Shown one piece after another: positions 38,958 to 49,675 of a stretch of 64,000 nt of DNA (its first letter is position 1; the number at the start of each line of letters is the position of its first letter). The notes below the pieces were generated by a model. That model was not told where the DNA came from. It was given only the letters and a program-made list of their open reading frames with translations, and made no database searches. A program made the position numbers and the translations under genes. This stretch comes from Candidatus Bathyarchaeota archaeon (GTDB taxonomy: Archaea > Thermoproteota > Bathyarchaeia > Hecatellales > Hecatellaceae). The stretch covers positions 128,001 through 192,000 of the forward strand of contig JBQPWD010000003.1 in the NCBI GenBank assembly GCA_052246995.1. The letters run 5' to 3'.

Positions 38958-40875
38958 TTAAAGTATTTTTAACGCAACATTAAAAGCTTCATGAATTGCC
39001 TCTAAAGCCTTACGAGGTTCTACACAATCTCCAACCATGTAAACTTTTTCCTTAAATCTTTGTTTAAGCTTCTCTGCTAAAGCTTTATTTGGTTTTGAAC
39101 CTACAGCAAGAACTGTACTATCAGCCTTAATAAACTCCTCTTTGCCGTCCTTCTCTAAACAAAGTCCATTTTCCACTATTTTTGTAACTTTTGCTTTTGT
39201 TAAAATTTTAACATTATGTTTTTTAAGAAACATTACATCCACCCACCTTGTTGTAACACCAACATCTTGAGCCAGTTTTTCAAGCATTTCAATAAGAGTA
39301 ACTTTCCTACCTTTTTCAGCTAAAAACTCTGAAACCCAAACTCCAACACCTCCCCCACCAACAACAGCAACCTCACCTTTAACATCAACTTTCCCAGCTA
39401 AAACATCCCAAGCAAGAAATACGTTTTCCCTATCTACCCCGTCTATGTCTGGTACAATTGGTTTTGACCCGGTTGCAACAATAATAACATCAGGATTGTA
39501 TTCCTCAACAACATCTATATTAGCTTCAACATTAAGCTTAACATTTACATTAAGCTTCTTAAGCTGAACTTCAAAATACTCAATTAAACATTTAAGTTCT
39601 TCATGTCCTGGAGGTTTAAATGCAAGATTTAGTTGACCGCCTAACCTTCCATTTTTCTCTAGCAAAGTAACATTATGACCTTTAAGTTTAGCTATTAAAG
39701 CCGCCTCCATTCCAGCTGGCCCCCCACCAATAATTAAAACATTTTTAGGTTGACGTGTTAACATGATTTTAACTTCACCTTCCCTACCAGCCATAGGATT
39801 TACTAGACATGTTACATCTCTATTGGTAAACACCATGTCAAGACAACCCTGGTTACACGCTACGCACGGTCTGATATCCTCAATTCTACCTTCATAGGCT
39901 TTTTTGGAAAATTCAGGGTCAGCTATTAATGGTCTACCTATGCGGATAAAGTCAGCTTTTCCCTCGCGAAGAATTTTTTCTGCAAGTTCAGGAGTGTTTA
40001 TTCTTGTTCCAGCAATTACAGGTTATAGTTAGGATTTTCTTAACCTGCTCAGCTAAATATATAAATCCTCCTCTTGGAACATGGTAGGTTATTAAGGGTC
40101 TTGGTGATTCATGCCAACCCTCATGTGTATCTATGGCGTCGACCCCAATTTTCTCCAGTGCTTTAACAATAACTTTAGCTTCTTCAATGGTGTTTCCCTC
40201 AGGCATAAATTCGTCAAGGGTAACCCTGCAAACAACTGGAAAATCTTTTCCAACTTTTTCCTTTATAAGCTTAACGATTTCAAGCAGAAACTTCATCCTG
40301 TTTTCTAAACTTCCACCATACTCATCTTTTCTTTTGTTTGTTACAGGAGATAAAAATTCGCTTATAAGGTATCCTCCGCCAGCCATAACTTCAATAAGGT
40401 CAAAGTCAGCCTCTACAGCTCTTTCGGCAGCTTTAGCAAACTCTACTTCCAACATTTTAATCTCATTAACACCTAATTCTCTTGGTGTTTCACCTGTTAG
40501 ACGTGATGGTATTGGTGAAGGTGCAACTGGTTGCCCGCCTACGATTGCAGAAAATGCATATCTACCAGAATGTAAAAGCTGGAGGCCAATTTTTGTACCA
40601 TAATCTTTAACAGCTTTTGCTAGCCTTCTTAAACCATCAACATATTTATCATCGTAAATCATAATCATGCTTGGGGCTCCACCTAAAGGATGAACACCAC
40701 ACCCACCTGCAATTATTAACCCTGTACCTCCCTTAGCTCTCTCAACGTAAAAATCTATAAGCCTAGTAGTCACAAATCCATTATCTGCATAACCAAGATG
40801 AGTTGCGGACATAACAATCCTATTCATGATTTCCAGTTTTCCAATTTTACCCGTCTTAAAAAGATAATCAAACAT
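38958..40875 (-). pseudogene. NADH:flavin oxidoreductase (OYE/FadH-like), one frameshift
   Basis: NRIVMS, GGYLISEFLSP..NKRKDEYGGSLENR. Removing one A at 40023-40024 gives TIPVIAGTRINTPELAE...RPCVACNQGCLD, continuous with the GGGPAG domain. Confidence 0.85.
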
Positions 40876-41026
40876 TTTGCTCCCTCATATGCTTTAAAAT
40901 TGAGTGTATGGTAGTATAATAGTATGCCCAGAATTTACTTTAAAAGTTTCTCTTGTTAACACTATGTTTTTCAATTTTTAATGGTTTAAATATCATAAAA
41001 ATAGGTTAAGCTAGTAGGGTAAAGTC

Positions 41027-41275
41027 TTGGAAAAAGAGTCAAAGTTCGTGGAAAAAGTTGCGTATGAAGCTCTTGTAGATTCTACTCCATACCTTCAAAA
41101 TACGGAGTGGATTAAAAATGTTGTTGCTGAAGGTTTGATGAAAAATGAAAGCTTAAATGGGTTTAAAGAATTTGTTGAGGAAAAAATCAAAAAGGAGGTT
41201 GAAGAGGACAAGAAAGTTGACTTAAGAATTTATCTTACATTTTTTTTAAGGTTGTGGCGGAGAAAAGTTGGGTAA
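41027..41275 (+). CDS. Hypothetical protein, 82 aa
   Basis: TTG start, overlaps the helicase start. Confidence 0.6.
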   Translation: MEKESKFVEKVAYEALVDSTPYLQNTEWIKNVVAEGLMKNESLNGFKEFVEEKIKKEVEEDKKVDLRIYLTFFLRLWRRKVG

Positions 41276-44123
41276 CGCTTTAAAATTACTATCTTCAAGA
41301 ATTGTTGAAGAAGCGAATAGGCTTGGTATTAAAACATTAACTGAAATTCAAAGTTTAGCCATACCTATAATTCTTTCAGGTGAAAATACGCTTATAATTG
41401 CTCCTACAGGTGAAGGTAAAACTGAGGCGGCTGTTCTTCCAGTTTTTGACATGTTTTTAAAATATAAAACGAGTGGTTTATCTCCACAAGGTATAAGCAT
41501 TCTTTACATCACTCCGCTTAGAGCATTAAATAGGGATATTTTTAGAAGGTTAGCTGGAGTTGGAAGTAGGCTTGGAATAAGTGTTGATGTTAGACATGGA
41601 GATACTCCAACTAAACTTAGAAAATTTCAAGCTGAAACTCCTCCTCAAATGCTTATAACAACGCCTGAAACTTTGCAAGCTATTCTTGTCGGAAAAAGGA
41701 TGAGAAATAATCTAAAGAGTATAAGATGGGTTATTATTGATGAAATTCACGAGCTTATCTCCGATAAGAGGGGCGTTCAACTTTCACTTGGACTTGAAAG
41801 GCTTAGAAAAATCTGTAACTTTGATTTTCAAAGGATAGGTCTTTCAGCAACAATTGGAGATGAAAATGTTGCTGGAAGTTTTCTTGCTGGAAAAGACAGA
41901 AAATTTAGAATTGTTAAGGTTGAAAGTTTTAAGGATGTTGAATTTATCGTTGAAAAACCTCAACCAACAAAGAAAGATTATGATGATTCTTTAAGTTTAA
42001 TGATTCCCGCTGAAACGTTAGCAAGAGTTAGAAGAATACTTGAACTTTTGGAAAGTTACAGGTCAACACTAATTTTTACAAACACAAGAGAACATGCTGA
42101 ATCTTTGAGTTTAAAAATTCGTATGTTAAATCCAAGTCTTAGCTTTGCAACTCACCATGGCTCGGTTTCAAGGGATGTTAGAATTGAGGTTGAACAGAAG
42201 CTTAAAAATGGAGAGTTAAAAGCGGTTGTATGCACCTCCTCCCTTGAGCTTGGTGTGGATATAGGTTTTATTGATTATGTTATTCAGTATCAATCACCAA
42301 AACAAGCTTTAAAGCTTCTTCAAAGGGTTGGACGTAGTAGTCATGTTGTTGGTGGTAAACCTAAAGGCTGTATTATAGCTTCTTGGCTTGATGATATCTT
42401 AGAATCTGCAGTTTTATGTAAAAGGGCTGTAAAAGGTGTTTTTGAAAAACCTTTAATTCATTTTGAAGCTTTAGATGTTTTAGCTCATCAAATTATAGGG
42501 CTAATTTTGGATAATGCTGGCGAAATCTCGGTTGATGAGGCTTACAAAGTTGTTGTTAATGCCTATCCTTATGTTAACTTAGATTTTAAAGTTTTTTTGG
42601 ATGTTGTTGAACAACTTAAGCTTGAAGGTTTAGTTAAAACTTACAATGGAAAGTTAAAGGCTGCATCTTCACATGCCTACAAGTATTACTTTGAAAACTT
42701 GTCCATGATTCCAGACGTCAAACACTACCTGGTTATAGATTTTTTAACTAGGAGAAATGTTGGAAGTTTAGACCAAGAGTTCGTTGCATGTCATGGTAAA
42801 CCTGGAAATCTTTTTATTCTTCATGGTCTTGTTTGGAGAATTCTTAGAGTTGATGAGGAGAAAAATGTTGTTGAAGTTGAGGAAGCCGAACCCAGTCCTG
42901 CGGCTATCCCTTCCTGGGAAGGGAAAACAATTCCAGTGGAGTTTGATGTAGCATTAGAGGTTGGTTTTCTTAGAAGAAGACTTGCTGAAGAAGTTAAAGT
43001 AGGTGGTAACCCCTTAAAAATTTTGAACGACTACCCCTTAGCTTTTGATGTTAAAGCTAAAGTTGTTGATGAAATTGGAAAAAACGTTAAAGAAGGTTTT
43101 CCTATACCTTCTGATAAGCTTATTGTTATTGAGCTCTTTGAAAACTACATCATAATCCATACATGTTTTGGTGATAAGGTAAACAAAACTTTAAGCATAA
43201 TTCTAGCTTCAATTTTAACCTCAAAAATAGGTTTAGAAGTTGCTTTTCAGTCAAGCCAGTATCATATAGCCTTAATTACTCCTTACAAGCTTGACCCTTA
43301 TATCGTTAAGAAGGAGTTAACCTCCCTGAAACCTGAAGACTTGGAAAAAATTTTGGAGGTATGTTTAACCCAAACAAATCTTTTTCTTTGGAGATTTTGG
43401 AATAATGCTAAAAGATTTGGAATTGTTTCTAAGGATGCTGAGTATAAGCTTTCTTACGCAAAAATTTTACTAAAAAGCTTTAAAGATACTCCAGTCTACA
43501 TGGAAACTCTTCGTGAAATTTTTGTCGAAGATTTAGCCGTTGAGGAAACTAGAAAGATTATAGAAAACATTAATACTGGAAGTTTAGATGTTGAAGTTTC
43601 TTCAAACTTTGAAAAACCATCAACTTTGGCTTTACCAATGCTTGATAAAATAGCTCCTCATGACCTTTTAAGGCCTGTTAAGGAGGATAAAGATGTTTTG
43701 GATGTTTTAAAGAGAAGACTAAATAATAAAACTGTTAGACTTATATGTTTATTTAAAGGTGATTGGGAAACTTTAAGAAGAATTGAAAATTTACCTGAAA
43801 AGATTAAGTGTCCTTTTTGTGGTTCAACATTTATTGCGGTAACTAATGAAAGTGACGAAGATGCTGGAAAAGTGGTAAAAAAGAAGCTTAAAAAGCTAAA
43901 ACTCACAAAAGAAGAGGAGAAAAAATGGTTGGACCTGTGGAAAACCTCCAGTTTAGTTCAAAACTATGGTAAAAAGGCTGCAATAGCTTTAGCTGCAAAA
44001 GGTGTAGGACCTTCTAAAGCTGTAAAAATACTATCTGGCGGATATAAAAATGAGGAGAAACTCTACATGGAAATATTGAAGGCTGAGAGAGATTATATTA
44101 GGACAAGAATGTTTTGGAGTTAA
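41268..44123 (+). CDS. lhr: Lhr-family SF2 helicase
   Basis: APTGEGKT, TTPET, DEIH, SAT, HHGS, QRVGRS, IPSWEG, C-terminal CPFCGS. Confidence 0.92.
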   Translation: MGNALKLLSSRIVEEANRLGIKTLTEIQSLAIPIILSGENTLIIAPTGEGKTEAAVLPVFDMFLKYKTSGLSPQGISILYITPLRALNRDIFRRLAGVGSRLGISVDVRHGDTPTKLRKFQAETPPQMLITTPETLQAILVGKRMRNNLKSIRWVIIDEIHELISDKRGVQLSLGLERLRKICNFDFQRIGLSATIGDENVAGSFLAGKDRKFRIVKVESFKDVEFIVEKPQPTKKDYDDSLSLMIPAETLARVRRILELLESYRSTLIFTNTREHAESLSLKIRMLNPSLSFATHHGSVSRDVRIEVEQKLKNGELKAVVCTSSLELGVDIGFIDYVIQYQSPKQALKLLQRVGRSSHVVGGKPKGCIIASWLDDILESAVLCKRAVKGVFEKPLIHFEALDVLAHQIIGLILDNAGEISVDEAYKVVVNAYPYVNLDFKVFLDVVEQLKLEGLVKTYNGKLKAASSHAYKYYFENLSMIPDVKHYLVIDFLTRRNVGSLDQEFVACHGKPGNLFILHGLVWRILRVDEEKNVVEVEEAEPSPAAIPSWEGKTIPVEFDVALEVGFLRRRLAEEVKVGGNPLKILNDYPLAFDVKAKVVDEIGKNVKEGFPIPSDKLIVIELFENYIIIHTCFGDKVNKTLSIILASILTSKIGLEVAFQSSQYHIALITPYKLDPYIVKKELTSLKPEDLEKILEVCLTQTNLFLWRFWNNAKRFGIVSKDAEYKLSYAKILLKSFKDTPVYMETLREIFVEDLAVEETRKIIENINTGSLDVEVSSNFEKPSTLALPMLDKIAPHDLLRPVKEDKDVLDVLKRRLNNKTVRLICLFKGDWETLRRIENLPEKIKCPFCGSTFIAVTNESDEDAGKVVKKKLKKLKLTKEEEKKWLDLWKTSSLVQNYGKKAAIALAAKGVGPSKAVKILSGGYKNEEKLYMEILKAERDYIRTRMFWS

Positions 44124-44160
44124 CTGGAAAATTTGAAAAAAATGGTTGATAAGAAGTTTG

Positions 44161-45147
44161 TTATTTTTTACCTTTTAATTCTAAGATTAAATCTTTAAGC
44201 AAGGGTATAACCTTAAACATGTCTTCAACTATACCATAATCTGCTACATTAAATATTGGTGCTTTGGGATCTTTGTTTACAGCTACTATTAATCCCCCCT
44301 TCATTCCAGCTACATGCTGAAATGCTCCACTAACACCTAGAGCTATATGAAGTTTAGGTTTAACTGTTTTACCTGATATTCCAATTTGTCTATCTTTTGG
44401 AAGCCAACCTTTATCAACTATTGGTCTTGAACATCCAAGAACCCCGCCAATAGCTTTAGCAAACTCTTCAACTATTGGAATATTTTTTACATCCTTAATT
44501 CCACGTCCAACATCGACAATTATATCTGCTGAAGAAATATCCACCTCTCCTACCGCAGCCTCCACGTACTCAATAAACCTCTTATATTTAACATCCTCAT
44601 CTGTTAAAGGTGAAGGTATGGAGATTACTCCTCCAGCAAGTGGCGGTTCAGGTTTTTCCGGGGAGAATACTCCTGAACGTACAGTAACCATGTAACTTTC
44701 AGATTCCTTAAATACAACTTTACCATTAACTTTCCCACCATAGTACTGTCTTACAACACTAAGCTTCTTACCCTCCAAATCAATACCTATACAGTCTGTT
44801 GTTAAGGGTATTTTTAATGCTGCTGAAAGAGCTGGAGCTAAATCCATACCCATAGCGGTATGTCCTATAAGAGTTAGTAATGGTTTACGCTCCCCAATAA
44901 CCTTTACAAGAATCTTTTGATATGCTTCAGAGTTAAATTCTTTTAATCTTTCATCTTCAACAACTAAAACTTGGTTGGCATAATCTGAAACTTTTTTAGC
45001 GTATTCCTGTGCACCATACCCAAGAATTAATGCTGAAACATTTCCACCAATTTTCTTAGCAATCCTTGCAGCTTCAGAGAGCATTTCAAAGGTTATATCT
45101 CTAATTTCTCCTCTTCTATGCTCAACTAAAACAAGAATTTCCTTCAT
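44161..45147 (-). CDS. etfA: Electron transfer flavoprotein alpha
   Basis: GRG, SRPIVD, QIGISGKTV, GVSGAFQH, VNKDPKAPIF. Confidence 0.95.
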   Translation of the reverse strand: MKEILVLVEHRRGEIRDITFEMLSEAARIAKKIGGNVSALILGYGAQEYAKKVSDYANQVLVVEDERLKEFNSEAYQKILVKVIGERKPLLTLIGHTAMGMDLAPALSAALKIPLTTDCIGIDLEGKKLSVVRQYYGGKVNGKVVFKESESYMVTVRSGVFSPEKPEPPLAGGVISIPSPLTDEDVKYKRFIEYVEAAVGEVDISSADIIVDVGRGIKDVKNIPIVEEFAKAIGGVLGCSRPIVDKGWLPKDRQIGISGKTVKPKLHIALGVSGAFQHVAGMKGGLIVAVNKDPKAPIFNVADYGIVEDMFKVIPLLKDLILELKGKK

Positions 45148-45148
45148 C

Positions 45149-45946
45149 TTACACCAACCCCTTTTCTTTTAATATTGATACAAGCTTTTTTGAAACCTCT
45201 CCAACATCACCAGTTAAAATTTCAGCTTGCTTAGTTACAGGCGGAATAAACAACTTTTCTAATACTGTTGGAGACGCTGGTTCTCCAACATCTTCAGCCT
45301 TTAAACCTACATCTGCAGCTTTAAGAACTTTAATCTCCTTTTTTGCAGCTTTTCTAACTCCTGCAATAGAAACATATCTGGGTTCGTTAATACCTGTTTG
45401 AATAGTTAAAACCGCAGGCTTTTTAACTTCGACAACCTCTTCCAAACCTCCTTCAAGTTCTCTATGAACCTTTAAAACATCCTCTTTAACTTCAGCTATC
45501 TTCTTTACAAGTGACACGTGCTGAACTCCAAGAAGTTCTGCAAGTGTTACTCCAACTTGAGCGTAGCCATCATCTCCAGCCTGGGCACCGGTCAATATGA
45601 GGTCATAATTTAAATTTAAACTTTTGATAGTGTTGAAAAGAATTTTTGCAATAGTATATCCATCCGAACCTTTAAAGAGGTCATCTGTTAACCTTATAGC
45701 TTCATCAACACCCTTTGCAATACATTTCCTTAAAGTTTCTTCAGCCTCCTTAGGTCCAATGGTTATTGCTGTTACCTTTCCACCATACTTCTCCTTTAAA
45801 AGAAGGGCTTCCTCAACAGCGTAGTTATCCCACTCGTTTATATCAAAAACAAGACCTGTTTTCTTAATATCCTTACCTGTTTCATCAATGGCCAGCTCAG
45901 CCTCAGCAGTATCCGGTACATGCTTAACGCATACAATTATGTTCAT
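45149..45946 (-). CDS. etfB: Electron transfer flavoprotein beta
   Basis: VCVKHVPD, INEWDNYAVEEAL, NEPRY. Confidence 0.95.
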   Translation of the reverse strand: MNIIVCVKHVPDTAEAELAIDETGKDIKKTGLVFDINEWDNYAVEEALLLKEKYGGKVTAITIGPKEAEETLRKCIAKGVDEAIRLTDDLFKGSDGYTIAKILFNTIKSLNLNYDLILTGAQAGDDGYAQVGVTLAELLGVQHVSLVKKIAEVKEDVLKVHRELEGGLEEVVEVKKPAVLTIQTGINEPRYVSIAGVRKAAKKEIKVLKAADVGLKAEDVGEPASPTVLEKLFIPPVTKQAEILTGDVGEVSKKLVSILKEKGLV

Positions 45947-46027
45947 ATTTTTAACCTCCTCGACTGTTAGTAAGCTTGAACCATTTTATTTATGAAAATA
46001 TGTTTTATCTATATTTTAAGATTTCCA

Positions 46028-47167
46028 CTACAATGCTTCAGATACAAATTCGGCAACATCCATAACTCGTATAACATCCTCTTTACCCGTAGTTTTAACA
46101 GCATCTTCTAAGTTTATCAGGCAGAATGGACATGAAGTTAAAATTATTTCAGCACCCACCTCAGAAGCCTCCTCAACCCTACGCTCAGCTAAACGTCCAT
46201 TTGGAAGGTCAAACCACATTCTCCCTCCGCCACCTTCACAACAAAGACTTTGAGATTTTGTTAAAATAAGCTCAACAAGCTTAACTCCTGGAATGTTTTC
46301 AATAACTTTCCTAGGTTCGTCGTAGACATTGTTTCTTTTACCAAGAAAACATGGATCATGGTAAGTTACAGTCTTTTCAATTCTTTTCGAAAACTTTAAC
46401 TTACCCTTGTCTATAAGCTCTGAGAAAAGCTGAGTGTAGTGTTTAACTTCAAAGTTTATTTTAGTATTGTAGAGGTTTTTAAAAGCATTGTAACAGTGTG
46501 GTGATGATGTAACCATAAGTTCAATGTTGTATTGGTTAAAAAGGTTTAGGTTATCTTCAACAAGAATCTCAAAAAGGCCTTTTTCACCCATATGATAAAC
46601 TTCATTTCCGCAACAGTTTTCTTCATTTCCAAGAGTTTTAAAGCTTAAACCAGTTTTCCTGTATGTGTTAACCAAAGCTTTACCGATACTTTGAGCTCTA
46701 GGATCATATGCTACCGAGCAACAAACAAAATATAGGAGTGGTACTGTTTCCCCTTCCTTTGCTTTTTCAATGTTTAAATCTTCAGCCCACGCCGACCTTT
46801 TATCTCTAATTCTTCCCCAAGGGTTACCATGCTTGTAAATTGATTCTAGCGCATCTCTGATTGTTGGTGGGACTTCTCCTTCTTCAACAAGCCTGCCACG
46901 AACCTCTAAAATTGTTTCAAAAGGTTTAAGGTCTCTTGGGCATCTAATCATGCATGTTCCACAGGTTGTGCAGCCCCAAACTTCGTTTTCACCAAGTTTT
47001 GGTAGTTCTTTGCTAAATAAAGTTCTGTATATTATTCTTCTAATGTTAAATCCTTTAAACTTTAAAAATATAGGGCAGGAACCACTACAAATTGCACACT
47101 GCATACACTGGAAAAGATTCAGTTTTTGCACCGGAGTCTCCATGGTGCTTGTCACGAGTCTCACCAC
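46028..47167 (-). CDS. HdrD/GlpC-like Fe-S oxidoreductase with CCG domains
   Basis: CMQCAICSGSCP, CTTCGTCMIRCP, CCG, YHDPC, CCEGGGG, CPFC. Confidence 0.88.
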   Translation of the reverse strand: MVRLVTSTMETPVQKLNLFQCMQCAICSGSCPIFLKFKGFNIRRIIYRTLFSKELPKLGENEVWGCTTCGTCMIRCPRDLKPFETILEVRGRLVEEGEVPPTIRDALESIYKHGNPWGRIRDKRSAWAEDLNIEKAKEGETVPLLYFVCCSVAYDPRAQSIGKALVNTYRKTGLSFKTLGNEENCCGNEVYHMGEKGLFEILVEDNLNLFNQYNIELMVTSSPHCYNAFKNLYNTKINFEVKHYTQLFSELIDKGKLKFSKRIEKTVTYHDPCFLGKRNNVYDEPRKVIENIPGVKLVELILTKSQSLCCEGGGGRMWFDLPNGRLAERRVEEASEVGAEIILTSCPFCLINLEDAVKTTGKEDVIRVMDVAEFVSEAL

Positions 47168-47275
47168 AACTCTAACTAAAGCATTTACAGAATTAGGTAA
47201 TGTTTTTGCTGATAAAAGCTTTTTTCATTAAGGATTAAAGATAAATTGTTGTTAGAATCTAGATTTTTTTAGGGT

Positions 47276-48562
47276 TTGAGGAGTTTGAGAAAGCTTTTAT
47301 ATGTTGTTTTAGATGGTCTTGGAGATAGGCCTTCACCCAGCCTTGGTTGGAAAACACCACTGGAAGCTGCTGAAACTTTAAACATGGATTTTTTAACTAA
47401 AAATGGTAAAACAGGTCTTATGTTTCCTATAAGAAAAGGTTTTGCGCCTGAATCCGATACCGCAGTTATAAGCATATTGGGTTATGATCCTTTACAATAT
47501 CCCTCATCACGTGGAGTTCTAGAGGCTTATGGTATAGGCTTAAAAATTGAGGACGGTATGTTAGCTCTTAGATGCAACTTTGCATACGTAGATGACGAGT
47601 GGATGATTGTTGATAGAAGAAGCGGTGGAGATTTAACATTTAACGAGGCTTTAAAACTTACTGAATCCGTGAATAGAGAGGTTAAACTACTATCAGAACC
47701 AGCCGAATTTATCTTTAAAAATACTGTTGGTTATAGGGGGGTTCTTATTATAAAAAGGTTAAATGGTAAATTATCCGGTAAAATTTCAAACGTTGACCCT
47801 GCTTATGTAAGAATTGGAGACGTGTCTGTTGCAAAAGCTGAAGGTATCTTAAAGGTTGAGAAGTCTAAACCTTTAGATGACAGTGTTGAAGCTTTTTTGG
47901 CAGCAAAGCTTGTAAATGAGTTTACTGAGAAAACTTTTAATGTTTTAAGTAGACATGAGGTTAACGTTAAAAGGATTAGTGAAGGTAAACTTCCGGCAAA
48001 TATTATACTTTCGAGAGATGCTGGGAGTACTGTGCCAAAGTTTCCAAGCTTTAAAAAGCTTTACAATATAAACTTTGGGTTTATGGCTGAAATGCCTGTT
48101 GAAAGAGGAATAGCCATTCTTTGCGGAATGGTTGAAGTTCCTCTTCCACCTTCAACTGGGAATCTTAGAGAAGATTATGAGTTAAGAGCTAAGAAAGCTT
48201 TGGAATCAATAGAGAACCTTGATGGAGTATATGTTCATATTAAGGGGCCTGATGAACCTGGACATAAAGGTAAGTGTAAAGAGAAAATGGAAACTATAAA
48301 TCTCATAGATAAATACTTCTTTGGAAAAGTTCTTCCAAGTTTAGACCTTAAAGAAACTATTGTTGTCGTAACGGCAGACCATTCAACACCATGCACGGTT
48401 GGAGCTCATACCGATGATCCTGTCCCCCTACTAATTGCTGGTGGAGACGTTAAACCTGACGGGGTATCAAGTTTTAGTGAAAAATCATGCGAGAAAGGAA
48501 GTTTAGGCTTGTTAAATGGACCTGAACTTATGCCTAAACTTATCAATTTGATGAGAAGATAG
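47276..48562 (+). CDS. apgM: BPG-independent phosphoglycerate mutase
   Basis: LDGLGDRP, TPLEAA, HIKGPDEPGH, TADHSTP, HTDDPVP. Confidence 0.93.
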   Translation: MRSLRKLLYVVLDGLGDRPSPSLGWKTPLEAAETLNMDFLTKNGKTGLMFPIRKGFAPESDTAVISILGYDPLQYPSSRGVLEAYGIGLKIEDGMLALRCNFAYVDDEWMIVDRRSGGDLTFNEALKLTESVNREVKLLSEPAEFIFKNTVGYRGVLIIKRLNGKLSGKISNVDPAYVRIGDVSVAKAEGILKVEKSKPLDDSVEAFLAAKLVNEFTEKTFNVLSRHEVNVKRISEGKLPANIILSRDAGSTVPKFPSFKKLYNINFGFMAEMPVERGIAILCGMVEVPLPPSTGNLREDYELRAKKALESIENLDGVYVHIKGPDEPGHKGKCKEKMETINLIDKYFFGKVLPSLDLKETIVVVTADHSTPCTVGAHTDDPVPLLIAGGDVKPDGVSSFSEKSCEKGSLGLLNGPELMPKLINLMRR

Positions 48563-48574
48563 GTTTGTAGCTGT

Positions 48575-49141
48575 TTATTCTTGGGCTGTTAAGAGTGCAA
48601 CTCTTTCTAAAACAAGTTTTTCTAAAACTTCATTTAAGGTATTTTTCCCGGTTTTTAAAGTTTTAATTTCAGTATTTGAGATTTTAAATGTCTTCATAAT
48701 TTTTTTGGTTTTTTCTTTAGAGTAAATGTTTATAATGTTGTTATCAACCTCCCCCACGGTCAAAGACTTGACAAAGCTTAAAATTTCTTCAACTACTGTC
48801 TCGTTTTCTTCATTAAAAATGGCTAAGACAATGTTTTTTGTTTCACTTGTTAAACCTACAAGCTCAAAAGCTTTTTTAATCTGTCTTTGCCCTGAAACGT
48901 ATAGCGTAACTTCAACGGAAAGGTTTTTTGATATATTTTTACCTAACTTAAAAGCTTTAACAGAATTTAAAAATGCAAGCTCAATATGTTTACTACTAAC
49001 AATTTTGTCAGCGTCAAAAATTTGAAAATCGGTGTTAGGAAATCTTTTCCTAAGTTTTGCTAAAAAAGCTTCAACATCACCTATGTTAACATTTTTTAAA
49101 CTGGTAATCCTTAACTTTAAACTTTCATTAACCATAATCAT
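48575..49141 (-). CDS. cgi121: KEOPS complex subunit Cgi121
   Basis: QIFDADKI..KH, LYVSGQRQIKKAF, VLERVALL. Confidence 0.88.
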   Translation of the reverse strand: MIMVNESLKLRITSLKNVNIGDVEAFLAKLRKRFPNTDFQIFDADKIVSSKHIELAFLNSVKAFKLGKNISKNLSVEVTLYVSGQRQIKKAFELVGLTSETKNIVLAIFNEENETVVEEILSFVKSLTVGEVDNNIINIYSKEKTKKIMKTFKISNTEIKTLKTGKNTLNEVLEKLVLERVALLTAQE

Positions 49142-49372
49142 TTAACCATACCATTACATTAAATCCCTTAATAATAGAAATTTTTCAAGGTTTAAGGTTT
49201 TCCGGCAAAAACTACTATATTTTGATAACAGTTCTTAAGCGGGTTAGAGGAGTTTTATTGCTAATTTTAATGTTTACAGGCATTTTTCTTAGAAAAAAAT
49301 TTAGAAATGTAAACGTTTTATAGCGTCTTTAAGTTAAATTTCTAATTGTACGCTAGTAAAGGGTGAGTTAAA

Positions 49373-49663
49373 CTGAAAAGAAGACTTTTAGATTTTCTTG
49401 CATGTGCTATGTGTAAATCTTACCCTCTAGAGTTGTACGTTTTTGAGGAAAAAGATGAGATTGTTGAGGGTTTGCTTGTATGCCCTAACTCTGAGTGTAA
49501 AATGTGGTATCCAATAATAGATGAAATTCCACACTGCCTTCCACCAGAATTAAGAAGTAAGAATGAGGATTTAGCCTTCCTTAAAAGGTGGAAGGATAAA
49601 ATACCTTTAAAGGTTTTAAAGGAAGGAAAACCCTTTAACCTTTCAGAAGAACTAACAAGTTGA
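49373..49663 (+). CDS. trm112: Trm112 family methyltransferase activator
   Basis: CTG start after GGTGA gives MKRRLLDFLACAMCK..PLEL; EGLLVCP..C..WYPIIDEIP. Confidence 0.88.
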   Translation: MKRRLLDFLACAMCKSYPLELYVFEEKDEIVEGLLVCPNSECKMWYPIIDEIPHCLPPELRSKNEDLAFLKRWKDKIPLKVLKEGKPFNLSEELTS

Positions 49664-49675
49664 AAGGTTTTTTTT

